Positions 8,721 through 19,208 of a stretch of 64,000 bases of DNA are shown one piece after another. Origin of the DNA: an uncultured Solirubrobacteraceae bacterium (GTDB lineage: Bacteria; Actinomycetota; Thermoleophilia; Solirubrobacterales; Solirubrobacteraceae); assembly GCA_964588985.1 (NCBI GenBank), contig CAZPQW010000002.1, positions 32,001 through 96,000 of the forward strand, in the 5' to 3' direction. The number at the start of each line of letters is the position of its first letter. The stretch's first letter is position 1. The notes under the pieces are model-generated. The model was not told the DNA's origin. It ran no database searches and worked only from the letters and a program-made list of their open reading frames with translations. Made by a program: the position numbers and the translations under genes.

Positions 8721-9998
8721 TTACCCGAGCCCGACGGCCGTCCCGACGAACGTCCCCTGCTTGACGGCTTTGGCGGCTTTCTTCCCGTTGGGAACGCCAC
8801 AGGTGGCCCCGCCGGTGAAGCTCTCCGACACGGTTCCGCTGACGATGGTGAGCGCTTCCGTGAGCGGCCCGCCTTCGAGCTTCCCTTCGAGAGGCACGCC
8901 GGGCACTTCGGTCGCGGGCACGACCAGCGACCCGTGCGAGTTGCCGAGTCCCTTGGGCGCCCATTTGACGACCAGCGAGGTCGACGTCGTGGTCGGTTCC
9001 GAGGAGATGCTCGCGAGCGTCGCGCAGGTGACTTCTTCGGTCGTGGTGAGGTGCGCCACGTAGGTTCCCCCGGCGGGTTCCTGGGGCCCGTCACAGCCCG
9101 TCAGCACGCCTTTGATCGTGATCGTCTGGACGTGCGGGGTTTCGGTCAGGCCGGGGGAGAGCTTGATCGTCCCGCTGTTCTGTTCGCAGGTCTCGGTCGC
9201 GGGAGTCCCGCCGCCTCCGCCTCCACCGGTGCCGCCGCCTTCACCGTCCTGGTTGGGGCTCGTGACTTCGAACGAGCCGGCTGCACTGGTGCCTTCGGCG
9301 TCGGTGTTCGTCACGGTGACCAGGTAGGTCGTGTTCGGTTCCACCGGCCCGAGGGCCGCGCTCGACCACGTGCCGGCGACCGTTGTCGTCAATACAGGCG
9401 GACCCGGTTTGACGGGTGTGGCGGTGACCGTGGAGGAGGTGATCAACCCGGCCGTTTCGCCGGCCAGCGTCCAGCCGACCGTCATCCGCAGGTATTCGGT
9501 TTCGCCCGCTTCGTAGAGCCCGACGTATGCGCTCACTTCGGTTGGCGCGGCCGGCGGCTGCAGCGGCGGCGTGCCCGTTTCCAGGAACGCGCTCGTGCCG
9601 ACGTTGTAGATGTGGTCGCCGTGGGCGTCTTCGGCTGAGAAGGTCGTGCTGCCTTCGGCGGCGCCTTCGAGTCGAGCGAAGGAGCGGGTGTCGCCGACCC
9701 AGTCCCATGTCACGCTCGCCCACGCGGAGTAGGTCGTCGTTTTGTAGCCGCCGCCGCGACCGCTTCCGCCGCAGCGCGTCTGCATGTAGACGTTGCCCTC
9801 CGGAAGGCCGTTCGGGGCGAAGCCGGTCGCGTACACCTTCTCCTGGATGCCGCCGCAGGAGTGCCCGAGCAGCGAGAAGGCCGCGCCCTGGCTCAGAACC
9901 AGCTGGATCGGCGTTGACGCGCTGGCCGCGGGAGCCAGCGCCAGGCAGCCCAGTCCAGCGGCGATTGCGCTCACGATGGTGCGTCGGGCACTGGTCAC
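8721..9998 (-). CDS. Secreted protein with fibronectin type III-like domain
   Basis: Signal peptide ending ASA; PAAPTEV...PNTTYLVTVTNTDAEGTS FN3 pattern; Gly-rich linker; Cys pairs; GAGAGGGG RBS. Confidence 0.72.
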   Translation of the reverse strand: MTSARRTIVSAIAAGLGCLALAPAASASTPIQLVLSQGAAFSLLGHSCGGIQEKVYATGFAPNGLPEGNVYMQTRCGGSGRGGGYKTTTYSAWASVTWDWVGDTRSFARLEGAAEGSTTFSAEDAHGDHIYNVGTSAFLETGTPPLQPPAAPTEVSAYVGLYEAGETEYLRMTVGWTLAGETAGLITSSTVTATPVKPGPPVLTTTVAGTWSSAALGPVEPNTTYLVTVTNTDAEGTSAAGSFEVTSPNQDGEGGGTGGGGGGGTPATETCEQNSGTIKLSPGLTETPHVQTITIKGVLTGCDGPQEPAGGTYVAHLTTTEEVTCATLASISSEPTTTSTSLVVKWAPKGLGNSHGSLVVPATEVPGVPLEGKLEGGPLTEALTIVSGTVSESFTGGATCGVPNGKKAAKAVKQGTFVGTAVGLG

Positions 9999-10040
9999 AG
10001 ACGTTCCCCTCTCACGTGGATTGCTTGCATCTGCGGGCGC

Positions 10041-10078
10041 CGAAGACCCCTTCGAAGACCCCCTGTCTATTAGAAGAC
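10041..10078. repeat. CGAAGACCCC tandem direct repeat in divergent promoter
   Basis: CGAAGACCCC at 10041-10050 and 10053-10062; partial GAAGAC at 10073-10078. Confidence 0.45.
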
Positions 10079-10198
10079 AACCCTACAGCCGAGAAATCAC
10101 GCGGACATGAGAATTTATTTTCGATCTCGCGTACGCTGTCAGGCGTATTTCGGCGTGGATGCTTGGGTCATGGACGTTTCGGGCATAGGAGATGGAAC

Positions 10199-12277
10199 AT
10201 GAGGAACGCAAGGCTGCTGGGCGCACTCGCATCGGTCTCCGTAGGCGCATTCGCCGCGGCTGGAGCGGCCCAGGCCGCGCCGTCGCGCACGGTGGTGCAG
10301 AGCAGCGCACCCGCCGCCGCCTCGGCCAACGAGGTCGCCGCGACGCCCGCGTCCACGCCGATCGAATTCAGCGTGGGCCTGCGATTGAGCGACCCGGCAG
10401 GCGCGGTTGCGCTCGAGCGCGCGGTCTCGGACCCGGGCAGCCCCAGCTTCCACCGCTACCTGACCCCCGCCCAGTGGGAGCAGCGCTACTCGCCCACGCC
10501 GGCCTCGGTCCAGGCCGTCACGGCCTGGCTGAAAGCGGAAGGCATCGCCGTCGAATCGGTCCCCCCCGACCGCATGACCGTTCACGCGAGCGCATCGGCG
10601 GCCACGATCGAGCGCGCGTTCGGCACGAGCCTCGGCGAGTTCCGCCACCAGGGTCGCGTCGTGCGGCTCGCCTCGACGCCTCTGCAGGTGCCAAGCGGGA
10701 TCGCCTCGCTCATCACCGGCGTCACCGGGGTGGACCAGAGCCTCGCAACTCCAGGCGCCACCGGCGCCGACACCCGCCGTGCGGCGAAGGTCTCCGGGCA
10801 GGAAATCCCGCAGCCGCCCGGCTTCCGCAACGCCACGCCGTGCTCGCCCACGTACGGCAAGCAGCTCGACACCACCGATCCCGCGTACGGAGGCGGCTAC
10901 CCCACGCCGCTGCCATACGCGGTCTGCGGCTACATCCCGGCCCAGCTCCAGGGCGCCTACGGGCTCACGCCGAAGATCGCCGCCGGGATCGACGGCAAAG
11001 GCGTGACCGTCGCGATCGTCGACGCGTACGCATCGCCGACGCTGCTGAGCGACGCGCAGCACTACAGCCAGCTCAACCAGCCCACGCAGGTGCTCGGCAG
11101 CGGCCAGTTCAGTGAGCTGCTCAGCAAGTCCTTCAGCGACATCGAACTCTGCGAAGCCAGCGAATGGTCCGGCGAGCAGACGCTCGACGTCGAGGCGGTC
11201 CACGCGACAGCGCCCGGCGCGAAGATCCTCTACGTGGGAGCGAAGAACTGCATCGGCGGTCTCTACGACTCTGTGCAGCAGATCGTCGATGGGCACCTCG
11301 CGAGCATCGTCACCGACTCCTGGGGAGACGACGGCGGGGACCTGCTCGACTCGCCGCAGTCCCGGGAAGGCTTCGACAACGTCCTGCTGATGGCGGACGG
11401 GACGGGCGTCGGCGTGCAGTTCTCCGCGGGCGACGAAGGCGACGAGTTCGCCAACCTCGGGATGACGGTCGCGGACTACCCGTCCTCGAGCCCGTACGCC
11501 ACCTCGGTCGGCGGCACGAGCCTGCAGGTCGGTGAGCACGGCGCCCGCGTCGGCGAGCTGGGCTGGTCGACCTCGAAGAGCGTGCTCTGCACCCCGCTGT
11601 TGCAGCTCGAAGGCTACCCCGGCTGCAAGGCGGCAAAGCTCGGCACGTGGCTGTCGCCGGCGCCCGGCGCCTACCTCTACGGTGGAGGCGGCGGGACGAG
11701 CTACGAGTACGCCGAGCCGTGGTACCAGGAAGGCATCGTGCCCGCGGCGCTCGCCGAACGCAACAGCAGGATCACGGGCATCGCGAACAGGGTCGAGCCG
11801 GACATCTCGATGGACGCGGACCCGACGACCGGCATGCTCGTCGGCGAGACACAGGAATTTCCCGACGGCACCTACTACGACCAGTACCGGATCGGCGGGA
11901 CGAGCCTGTCCTCGCCGCTGTTCGCGGGCGTGATGGCCGACGCAGACCAGGCGGCCGGGGTCTCGCTCGGCTTCGTCAACCCACTTCTCTACAAGCTGGG
12001 GGCTTCTCCCGGCTCGGCGGCCGCCGACTTCTACGACGTGGTGCCCGGCGGCAAGCAGGCGCTCGTCAGGAACGACTACCTCGACGGCGTCGACGCGAAC
12101 GAAGGGACGATCACCTCGGTGCGCGTGCTCGACTACCAGGGCCGCGAGATCTTCTGCAGCGGCACGGGCAACTGCACCAAGCAGAAGGTCGCGCTCGACA
12201 CGGCGCCCGGGTTCGACTCGATGACCGGGCTCGGCACGCCGCGCTCGGCGCTGATCGCGGCGCTGGCCAAACCCTGA
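10199..12277 (+). CDS. S53 (sedolisin/kumamolisin) serine peptidase with pro-domain
   Basis: Signal peptide, pro-kumamolisin region (RYLTPAQW), EQTLDVE catalytic Glu/Asp, SAGDEG, GGTSLSSP catalytic Ser, GFDSMTGLGTP. Confidence 0.93.
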   Translation: MRNARLLGALASVSVGAFAAAGAAQAAPSRTVVQSSAPAAASANEVAATPASTPIEFSVGLRLSDPAGAVALERAVSDPGSPSFHRYLTPAQWEQRYSPTPASVQAVTAWLKAEGIAVESVPPDRMTVHASASAATIERAFGTSLGEFRHQGRVVRLASTPLQVPSGIASLITGVTGVDQSLATPGATGADTRRAAKVSGQEIPQPPGFRNATPCSPTYGKQLDTTDPAYGGGYPTPLPYAVCGYIPAQLQGAYGLTPKIAAGIDGKGVTVAIVDAYASPTLLSDAQHYSQLNQPTQVLGSGQFSELLSKSFSDIELCEASEWSGEQTLDVEAVHATAPGAKILYVGAKNCIGGLYDSVQQIVDGHLASIVTDSWGDDGGDLLDSPQSREGFDNVLLMADGTGVGVQFSAGDEGDEFANLGMTVADYPSSSPYATSVGGTSLQVGEHGARVGELGWSTSKSVLCTPLLQLEGYPGCKAAKLGTWLSPAPGAYLYGGGGGTSYEYAEPWYQEGIVPAALAERNSRITGIANRVEPDISMDADPTTGMLVGETQEFPDGTYYDQYRIGGTSLSSPLFAGVMADADQAAGVSLGFVNPLLYKLGASPGSAAADFYDVVPGGKQALVRNDYLDGVDANEGTITSVRVLDYQGREIFCSGTGNCTKQKVALDTAPGFDSMTGLGTPRSALIAALAKP

Positions 12278-12400
12278 GCGGCACAGCAGGTCGGACTGCT
12301 TGCGAGCGTTCGCACGCCGGTTGAACGCCTGTCTAAACCACCACGTCCAGATTTTGGCCCGCTGATCATGTGGGCGCTCGACACGCGCTGCAATAGTCGA

Positions 12401-12503
12401 CATCGCCCTAGGGTTCCGCTGCCACCGCTGGCAGGTCTGGTCCGAGAGGGCGGGCCGGCACTTACATAGCCGAGCTGACACGGAGGGATAAAAGCCCGGG
12501 AGA
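12401..12503 (+). ncRNA. Guanidine-I (ykkC-yxkD) riboswitch
   Basis: CTAGGGTTCCG...CTGGTCCGAGAG...GACACGGAGGGATAAAAGCCCGGGAG matches the ykkC consensus; P1 CGCCC/GGGCG, hairpin CTGCCA/TGGCAG; lies upstream of cgdAB and atzF. Confidence 0.93.
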
Positions 12504-12527
12504 CATCGTGATCTCTCGGGCCTTTTT
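12494..12527 (+). terminator. Riboswitch-controlled intrinsic terminator
   Basis: GCCCGGGAGA (12494-12503) pairs with TCTCTCGGGC (12512-12521), followed by CTTTTT; left arm overlaps the aptamer 3' end. Confidence 0.88.
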
Positions 12528-12546
12528 GCGTTGAAAGGTCGTCTTC

Positions 12547-13161
12547 TTGCAGCTGATCGGCAGGACAGCACTGATTCTGATCGATGTCCAAAAGGGCGAG
12601 GTGCTGCCCGGCGAGCACGGCATCGCGATCATGTCGGGCGGCGAGGAGAGGCACGAGCGCACACAGGCGCTGCTCGCGGCCGCACGGGCCGCGGGGATAC
12701 CTCCGATCTTCATCCAGGAGGTCCACAAGCGCTCGCTCGTCGACTTCGGTCGCGAGCTCGACGGTGAGGAGACGATTCACTGTCTCGAGGGAGATGTGGC
12801 GACCGAGCTGGCGGACGGCATCGAGCCGCTCCCCGAGGAGTACCTGATTCGCAAGCGCCGCTACTCGGCGTTTTTCGCCACCGAGCTCGAGCTGGTCTTG
12901 AAGTCATATGAGATAGAGACGCTCGTGTTGGTCGGCGCACTCACCGACGTGTGCGTTCACTACACCTTCGCCGACGCCCACCAGCACGACTACCACTGTC
13001 GCGTCGTCACGGACTGTGTGGGCGGTTCCTCCGACGCGGCGCACGAAGCCGCGCTGTCCGCGATGCGCTACCTGCAGCGCGACTGCCTGACGACCAGCGA
13101 CGAGGTGCTCGACGCGTTTGCCGAGATCGGCGCCCGGTCGAGCGTGGGTGCGCTCGCATGA
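12547..13161 (+). CDS. Isochorismatase-family cysteine hydrolase
   Basis: Asp-Lys-Cys triad motifs IDVQ, KRRYSAF, TDVCVHYT; TTG start with GAAAGG RBS. Confidence 0.9.
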   Translation: MQLIGRTALILIDVQKGEVLPGEHGIAIMSGGEERHERTQALLAAARAAGIPPIFIQEVHKRSLVDFGRELDGEETIHCLEGDVATELADGIEPLPEEYLIRKRRYSAFFATELELVLKSYEIETLVLVGALTDVCVHYTFADAHQHDYHCRVVTDCVGGSSDAAHEAALSAMRYLQRDCLTTSDEVLDAFAEIGARSSVGALA

Positions 13162-14975
13162 GCATCATCGAGAGACGGCCCGCGCTGGAGGTGGAGGACC
13201 TCCATGTCACGTTCCGCTCTCCCGCGGGGGACGTCCAGGCGCTGCGCGGGGCGACGCTCACGGTCGGGCGCGGTGAGATCGTCGGCCTCGTGGGCGAGTC
13301 CGGCTCGGGCAAGACGGTGCTCGGGTTGACGGCGCTCGGCCTGCTGCCGCGCACCCCGCACCCGGAGGTGACCGGCACCGTGCGCCTCGACGGGGAGGAC
13401 ATGGTCGCGGCGAGCGAGGACGAGCGTCGCGCGCGCCGCGGCTCCTACATCACAGCCGTCTTCCAGGATCCGATGGGCTCGCTCAACCCGTCGATGCGCA
13501 TCCAGGCGCAGGTCGCGGAGGCCCTCGGCGGCGAGGGCGAGGGCGATCAGTCCGAGCTGATCCACGAACTGCTCGCCCACACGGGGATCCCCGAGCCGGA
13601 TGTGAAGGCCCGCTGCTACCCGCACGAACTCTCCGGCGGCCTGCGCCAACGGGTGATGATCGCGATGGCGCTCGCGCGCAACCCGCGTCTGGTCGTCGCC
13701 GACGAGCCCACCACCGCGCTCGACGTGACCGTCCAGGCGCGCGTGCTCGACCTGCTCGCCGGAGCCGCACGCGAGCGCGGGGTGGCGCTGCTGCTCGTCA
13801 CTCACGATCTCGGTGTCGCGGCCCGCGTGTGCGACCGCATCGCGGTGGCGTACGCCGGCAAAGTGGTCGAGATCGGCAGGGCCGCGCAGATCCTCTCGCG
13901 TCCGCGCCACCCCTACACCGTAGGTCTGCTCGCGAGCCGTCCGCGGCTCGACGGCTCGATCGCCGGCGGGGACCTGCCGACGCTTCCGGGCCAGCCGCCC
14001 GACCCCCGCAGCCCAGCCGTGGGCTGCGCGTTCGCCGCGCGCTGCCCGGTCGCCGACGAGCAGTGCGCCGCACCCGCTCCCGTCGTGCTCGAGGAGGGGA
14101 GACGGTGCGAGTGCCACCGCCCGGGGGCTCTCGAGACGTGGCCGCTCGCGCCGCTCCGAGTGCGCAGCGGCGAGCCGGTGGGTATCGGCCATCCGCTGCA
14201 CGTAGCCAACGGCTCGATCCCGATCCCCGCACTCGTCGTCGAGGACCTCGAATGTCACTTCCCGCGACCGCGCCGCCACCCACTCGCGTCCGCTCCCGAG
14301 CCGCTGCGCGCCGTCGCCGGAATCAGCCTCAGGGTCCCGGCCGCGGGCTCCCTCGCGATCGTCGGCGAGTCCGGCTCCGGCAAGTCGACGCTGCTGCGCG
14401 CGGTCGTCGGGCTGCTCACGCCCACCGCCGGAACCATCACGCTCGGCCCGGGCGCCTCGCCGCAGCTGATCTTCCAGGACGCGGGCGCCTCGCTCACGCC
14501 GTGGATGCCCGTCGGCGCGCAGATCTCCGAGCGTCTCGCGACGCTGAACGTGCCGCGCGCCGAGCGCGCCGCCCGCGTCGCGAGCACGCTCGAATCGGTC
14601 GGGCTGCCGGCCGAGGTCGCCGCGGTCGTTCCGCGCAAGCTCTCCGGGGGACAGCGCCAGCGCGCGGCGATCGCCCGCGCGATCGTCGTACCGCCCGCGC
14701 TGCTCGCGTGCGACGAGCCTGTCTCCGCACTCGACGTGTCGCTCGCCGCGCAGGTGCTCAACCTCCTGTGCGAGCTGCGCGCCACGCTCGGCATCGCGCT
14801 GCTGTTCGTCACGCACGACCTCGCCGCCGCGCGTGCGGTCGCCGACGAGGTCGCCGTCGTCAAGGAGGGCATCGTCGTCGAGCACGCCGCGACCGAGCAG
14901 ATCTTCATCTCGCCGCAGCACCCGTACACGCGCGAGCTGATCGCCGCCGTTCCCGACCTAGCGGAGGCCGCATGA
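13158..14975 (+). CDS. Peptide/nickel-type ABC transporter ATP-binding protein (fused OppD-OppF)
   Basis: Two Walker A GESGSGK motifs, LSGG signatures, [21 protein letters not shown]. Confidence 0.93.
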   Translation: MSIIERRPALEVEDLHVTFRSPAGDVQALRGATLTVGRGEIVGLVGESGSGKTVLGLTALGLLPRTPHPEVTGTVRLDGEDMVAASEDERRARRGSYITAVFQDPMGSLNPSMRIQAQVAEALGGEGEGDQSELIHELLAHTGIPEPDVKARCYPHELSGGLRQRVMIAMALARNPRLVVADEPTTALDVTVQARVLDLLAGAARERGVALLLVTHDLGVAARVCDRIAVAYAGKVVEIGRAAQILSRPRHPYTVGLLASRPRLDGSIAGGDLPTLPGQPPDPRSPAVGCAFAARCPVADEQCAAPAPVVLEEGRRCECHRPGALETWPLAPLRVRSGEPVGIGHPLHVANGSIPIPALVVEDLECHFPRPRRHPLASAPEPLRAVAGISLRVPAAGSLAIVGESGSGKSTLLRAVVGLLTPTAGTITLGPGASPQLIFQDAGASLTPWMPVGAQISERLATLNVPRAERAARVASTLESVGLPAEVAAVVPRKLSGGQRQRAAIARAIVVPPALLACDEPVSALDVSLAAQVLNLLCELRATLGIALLFVTHDLAAARAVADEVAVVKEGIVVEHAATEQIFISPQHPYTRELIAAVPDLAEAA

Positions 14976-15898
14976 GCCTCGCGGTGGATAGGCGCGTGAC
15001 GCCGGTGGCGGCCGTCGCCGCGGGGAAGCCCGAGTCGGTCGGCGGACCCCAGCCGCTGCGCCTGCGCCTGTGGCGCGGACGCCCGCTCGCCTCCGCGGGG
15101 AACCAACGCGCGGGGGTAGTCGCCGCATTGATCCCGGTCGGGGCGATGACGCTCGTCGCGCTCGCGGCGCCGCTGCTCGCGACGCACACCGCGACCGGCG
15201 TCACCACGATCGGGCCGCTGCACGCGCCCACCTTCAGCTACCCGTTCGGCACCGACGACATCGGCCGCGACGTGTTCTCGCGCGTGCTGTACGGGATCCG
15301 CGAGTCGTGGCTCGGCGCGATCGGGGTGATCGCGGTCGGCGCGCTCTTCGGCGGGCTGCTCGGCGCGCTCGCCGGCGCGATCGGCGGGTTCGTGGACACC
15401 GTGCTGATGCGCCTCACCGACCTGTTCCTCGCGCTGCCCGCGCCGGTGCTCGCGATCGCGGTGATCGCCTCGATCGGCCCGAGCCTGTTTCACACGCTGC
15501 TCGCGCTCTCGATCGTGTGGTGGCCGTGGTACGCGCGGATCGTGCGCGGCGAGGTGCGCGCGCTCGCGTCGCGGCCGCACGCCGAAGCCGCCCGTCTGGC
15601 GGGCGTCGGTCGCGTGCGGCTCGTGGTCCGCCACCTCGTGCCCGGGGCGCTCGCGCCGGTGATCGTGACGATGTCGCTCGACGTCGGCAACCTGATCCTC
15701 GCGCTCTCGAGCCTCTCGTTCATCGGCCTCGGTGCGCCGCCGCCGGCGCCCGAGCTCGGGGCGATGAGCTCTCAGGGGCTCGAGTACCTCTTTGGACACG
15801 CGTGGGTGCCGCTGGCCCCCGCCGCCGCTGTGGCGCTGCTCGCGCTCGCGGCCAACCTCATTGGTGATCACGCCAATCGGAGACTCGACAAAGGATGA
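14972..15898 (+). CDS. Peptide/nickel ABC permease (DppC/OppC-type)
   Basis: FGTDDIGRDVFSRVLYG, LSFIGLG..PP.PELG; ATGA overlap. Confidence 0.92.
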   Translation: MSLAVDRRVTPVAAVAAGKPESVGGPQPLRLRLWRGRPLASAGNQRAGVVAALIPVGAMTLVALAAPLLATHTATGVTTIGPLHAPTFSYPFGTDDIGRDVFSRVLYGIRESWLGAIGVIAVGALFGGLLGALAGAIGGFVDTVLMRLTDLFLALPAPVLAIAVIASIGPSLFHTLLALSIVWWPWYARIVRGEVRALASRPHAEAARLAGVGRVRLVVRHLVPGALAPVIVTMSLDVGNLILALSSLSFIGLGAPPPAPELGAMSSQGLEYLFGHAWVPLAPAAAVALLALAANLIGDHANRRLDKG

Positions 15899-15902
15899 CC
15901 AG

Positions 15903-17471
15903 ATGATCCAGCGACACCGAATCACCCTTGCCCTGATCGTCCTGATGGGCATGGCTCTCGCCGGCTGCGGCTCGGCCTCCACGACCTCGTCCACCAGCAC
16001 CACGGCGAGCACCACGAGCGGCGGCAGCGACATCCTGCGGATCCCCTATCTGGCGGATATGTCGGTCCCCGACCCCGACATCTTCTATGACATCGAGGGC
16101 AACTCGGTGATCCTGTCGACCTACGAAGGGCTGCTCACATACGCCCCCGGCACCACCAAGCTGGTGGGGGCGCTCGCGACGAGCTGGACGGTCGCACCAG
16201 ATCGACTCACCTACACCTTCCACCTGCATCCGGGCGTTCACTTCCACGATGGGACCGCGCTCACATCGAAGGCGGTCAAGGCGAGCTTCCTGCGTCGCCT
16301 CGCGGTCGGCCAGGCGCCGTCCTACATGCTCAAGCCGATCGCGTCGATGAGCACGCCCGACCCGCTCACGCTGGTCGTCAAGCTCAAACACCCGGTCAAC
16401 CCGTTCCTCGACTACCTCGCCTCCAGCTGGGGCCCGAAGATCATCGGCCCCGAAGCGATCGTCACCCACGCCGGCAGCGACGAGGGTCAGAAGTGGCTGC
16501 AGACGCACGACGACGGCACCGGTCCGTTCCGGCTGACCGCGTTCGAACGGGGCCGCCAGTACGTGCTCACCCGCTCGGCGAACTACTGGGGAGCGAAGCC
16601 GTTCTTCAAAGAGGTCCTGATCAAGATCACGCCCGACATCGGCACCCAGCAGCTCGAGCTCAAGAACGGTGGGGTGGACGCGATCCTTCACTCCTTCCCC
16701 GCCTCCGAACTCAGCTCGCTCCCGTCGAACGTGCGCGTCGAGGAGGACAAGTCGTTCCTGCGCCTGCTCCTGTACGTCAACACGCAGAAGCCGCCGTTCA
16801 ACGACCCGGCGGTGCGCGCGGCGCTGCGCTCCACGATCAACATCCCGCAGCTCGTGAGCGAGGCGTACTCGGGCACCGCGACCGCATCCACCGGCGCGTA
16901 TCCCGACGGTCTGCTGCCGAGCCAGCCGCCGCTCGAATACACGCCCAGCACCGCGGCCGCGGCCGCCGGTGTGAAAGCCGCGTCGACCAAGTCCATCACC
17001 CTCGGCTACACGGCCGACGAGTCCGGCGTGCAGCGACGCGTCGGCGAGCTGCTGCAGGCGGACCTCGAAGCCGCCGGCTGGCAGGTGACGGTCAAGGAGG
17101 TGCAGCTGCCGCAGGTCTACGGCTACATCAACGACCTCAAGGCCGCGCCCGACCTGCTGCTGCAGACCAACACCCCGGACGCGGCCAACCCCGACACGTG
17201 GGCGCGGATCGTCTTCTACTCGACCGGTGGCCTGAACTTCCTCGGCTACCACGACGCGAACGTCGACCGTCACCTCGACGAAGCCGTGAGCGCCGAACCC
17301 GCGAAGGCGACCGCGCTCTACCAGCAGGTGGGCAAGGAAGTGATCGAATCGAACGAGATCTTCTTCCTCGGCGACGTGAAGAACGTGTTCGTGCTCAACA
17401 AGTCCCTCTCGGGCGTCGAGCAGATCCCGGCCTACCCGTGGACCGTGAGCCTCGCGGCGCTGAAACGGTGA
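15903..17471 (+). CDS. ABC transporter substrate-binding lipoprotein (family 5, DppA/OppA-type)
   Basis: Lipobox ALAGC, YEGLL, LATSW, YTFHLHPGVHFHDG, GTGPF. Confidence 0.92.
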   Translation: MIQRHRITLALIVLMGMALAGCGSASTTSSTSTTASTTSGGSDILRIPYLADMSVPDPDIFYDIEGNSVILSTYEGLLTYAPGTTKLVGALATSWTVAPDRLTYTFHLHPGVHFHDGTALTSKAVKASFLRRLAVGQAPSYMLKPIASMSTPDPLTLVVKLKHPVNPFLDYLASSWGPKIIGPEAIVTHAGSDEGQKWLQTHDDGTGPFRLTAFERGRQYVLTRSANYWGAKPFFKEVLIKITPDIGTQQLELKNGGVDAILHSFPASELSSLPSNVRVEEDKSFLRLLLYVNTQKPPFNDPAVRAALRSTINIPQLVSEAYSGTATASTGAYPDGLLPSQPPLEYTPSTAAAAAGVKAASTKSITLGYTADESGVQRRVGELLQADLEAAGWQVTVKEVQLPQVYGYINDLKAAPDLLLQTNTPDAANPDTWARIVFYSTGGLNFLGYHDANVDRHLDEAVSAEPAKATALYQQVGKEVIESNEIFFLGDVKNVFVLNKSLSGVEQIPAYPWTVSLAALKR

Positions 17472-17478
17472 GCCGCTG

Positions 17479-18480
17479 ATGCCCACGCTCCTCGCCCAAC
17501 GCCTACTCGCCCTGGTAGCGGTCCTGTTCGGGCTGGCGGTGATCGTGTTCGTGCTGCAGGCCGTGATCCCGGCCGACCCGGCACGGGCGATGGTCGGCGC
17601 CAGCGCACCGAAGTCGGTGGTGGAAGCCAAGCGCCACGAACTGGGCTACGACAAACCGCTGCCGCAGCGGTTCCTGGAGTACGTGGACCGCCTCCTCCAC
17701 GGCAACCTCCAGGAATCGCTGCGGACGCGCAACCCGGTGAGCAAAGACCTCGCGACGTTCGCCCCGGCGACGCTCGAACTGGCGCTCGCCGCGGCGGCGA
17801 TCGCGGGGGTGCTGGGCGTTGGGCTCGGGCTGGCGCTCGTCGGCGCGGGACGGGCGGCGCGGCTGCTGCGGATCGTGCTGATCAGCGGGGCGTCGGTGCC
17901 GACGTTCCTCACGGCGCTGCTCGCGATCCTGCTGTTCTACTCGACGCTTCACCTGCTGCCGGCGTCGGGGAGGGTGGACGACACGCTCGTGTTGCCGTCC
18001 GGGCCGACGAAACTGCTGCTGGTCGACTCGCTGCTGCACGGCGAGCCGAACCTGCTGTGGAGCACGCTCACGCACCTGCTGATGCCCGCGCTCACGCTCG
18101 CGCTGCTGCCGGCGCTCGCGATCGCGCGCACGCTTGCGACGTCGTGCGAGAAGGTGATGCGCGAGGACTACGTGCGCACGGCGCGCTCGAAGGGGTTGAG
18201 GGAGCGCAGGGTGCTGCTGCGCCACGCGCTGCGCAACGCGAGCGGCCCCGCGCTGACGATGAGCGGGCTGCAGTTCGGCCTGCTGCTCGGCGGGATCGTG
18301 GTGGTCGAGCAGATCTTCGCGTGGCCCGGCCTCGGCCTCTATCTCGACCAGTCGATCGCCTATGCGGACTTCCCCGCGATCACCGGCACGACGCTGCTGC
18401 TCGGCACCGCGTACGTGCTGGTGAACTTCCTCGTCGACCTCTCCCAGGCATGGGCGGACCCGCGCATCAGGACGGTTTAG
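17479..18480 (+). CDS. Peptide/nickel ABC permease (DppB/OppB-type)
   Basis: PADPA, LGYDKPL, ATLELA, DYVRTARSKGL, FAWPGLG, DPRI. Confidence 0.93.
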   Translation: MPTLLAQRLLALVAVLFGLAVIVFVLQAVIPADPARAMVGASAPKSVVEAKRHELGYDKPLPQRFLEYVDRLLHGNLQESLRTRNPVSKDLATFAPATLELALAAAAIAGVLGVGLGLALVGAGRAARLLRIVLISGASVPTFLTALLAILLFYSTLHLLPASGRVDDTLVLPSGPTKLLLVDSLLHGEPNLLWSTLTHLLMPALTLALLPALAIARTLATSCEKVMREDYVRTARSKGLRERRVLLRHALRNASGPALTMSGLQFGLLLGGIVVVEQIFAWPGLGLYLDQSIAYADFPAITGTTLLLGTAYVLVNFLVDLSQAWADPRIRTV

Positions 18481-18482
18481 AA

Positions 18483-19208
18483 ATGTCCGCTGCCACAGGG
18501 GCACAACCGCTCTACCAGGACGAGCTCCCATCCGCGGGCGCTCGCTCGTGGACGTGCCGTCGCGGCACCGCGCTCACTCTGACCGACCTGGCGGGCGGGG
18601 CGAACGTGTCCGCGCTGCTCTACAGCGCAGCGAACCCGCTCGAGCGCTACTGCATGCCCGACACGCTCAAGGCGCAGCACGTCAGCCGCCTCACCGCGGG
18701 TGTTGCGCTGTATTCCGACATGGGGCGCGTGCTCGCCTCGATCGTCGAGGACGGATGTGGCTGGCACGACACCATCTCCGGCCACGCCACGGCCGAGACG
18801 GTCGCCTCGAAGTGGGGAGCAAACACGTACCAGCAGGCGCGCAACGAGTGGAGGCGCAGTGCACGAGAGGCGTTCCTCGTGGAGCTCGCAAAGCACGGCC
18901 TTGGACAGCGTGACCTACATCCAAATATTAATTTCTTCTCCAAGGTGGAGGTCGAGGACGAGGAGACCGGCGCGCTCAGTTACGTCGCGGGCAACTCTCC
19001 CGCCGGCTCGCACGTGACGCTGCGCTTCGAGCTGGACACGCTGATCGTGCTGTGGAACGGCCCGCACCCGCTCGCCGAGGAGTGGCTTGCGCGACCGGTG
19101 CGCGTCACGCTCGAGCACTTCCCGACGGCCGGCGCCGACGACGCGGTTCGCACGAGCTGCGAGGAGAACGAACGCGGCTTCGCGGTCACCGAGGCGGCGC
19201 TCGCGTGA
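18483..19208 (+). CDS. cgdA: Urea-carboxylase-associated DUF1989 protein 1 (carboxyguanidine deiminase subunit)
   Basis: [38 protein letters not shown]; position next to the carboxyltransferase gene. Confidence 0.88.
   Translation: MSAATGAQPLYQDELPSAGARSWTCRRGTALTLTDLAGGANVSALLYSAANPLERYCMPDTLKAQHVSRLTAGVALYSDMGRVLASIVEDGCGWHDTISGHATAETVASKWGANTYQQARNEWRRSAREAFLVELAKHGLGQRDLHPNINFFSKVEVEDEETGALSYVAGNSPAGSHVTLRFELDTLIVLWNGPHPLAEEWLARPVRVTLEHFPTAGADDAVRTSCEENERGFAVTEAALA

Noticed and set aside
12401-12503. Alternative ykkC subtypes (ppGpp, PRPP, ADP)
   Set aside because: Downstream cgdAB and atzF strongly indicate guanidine; subtype-diagnostic nucleotides were not formally aligned
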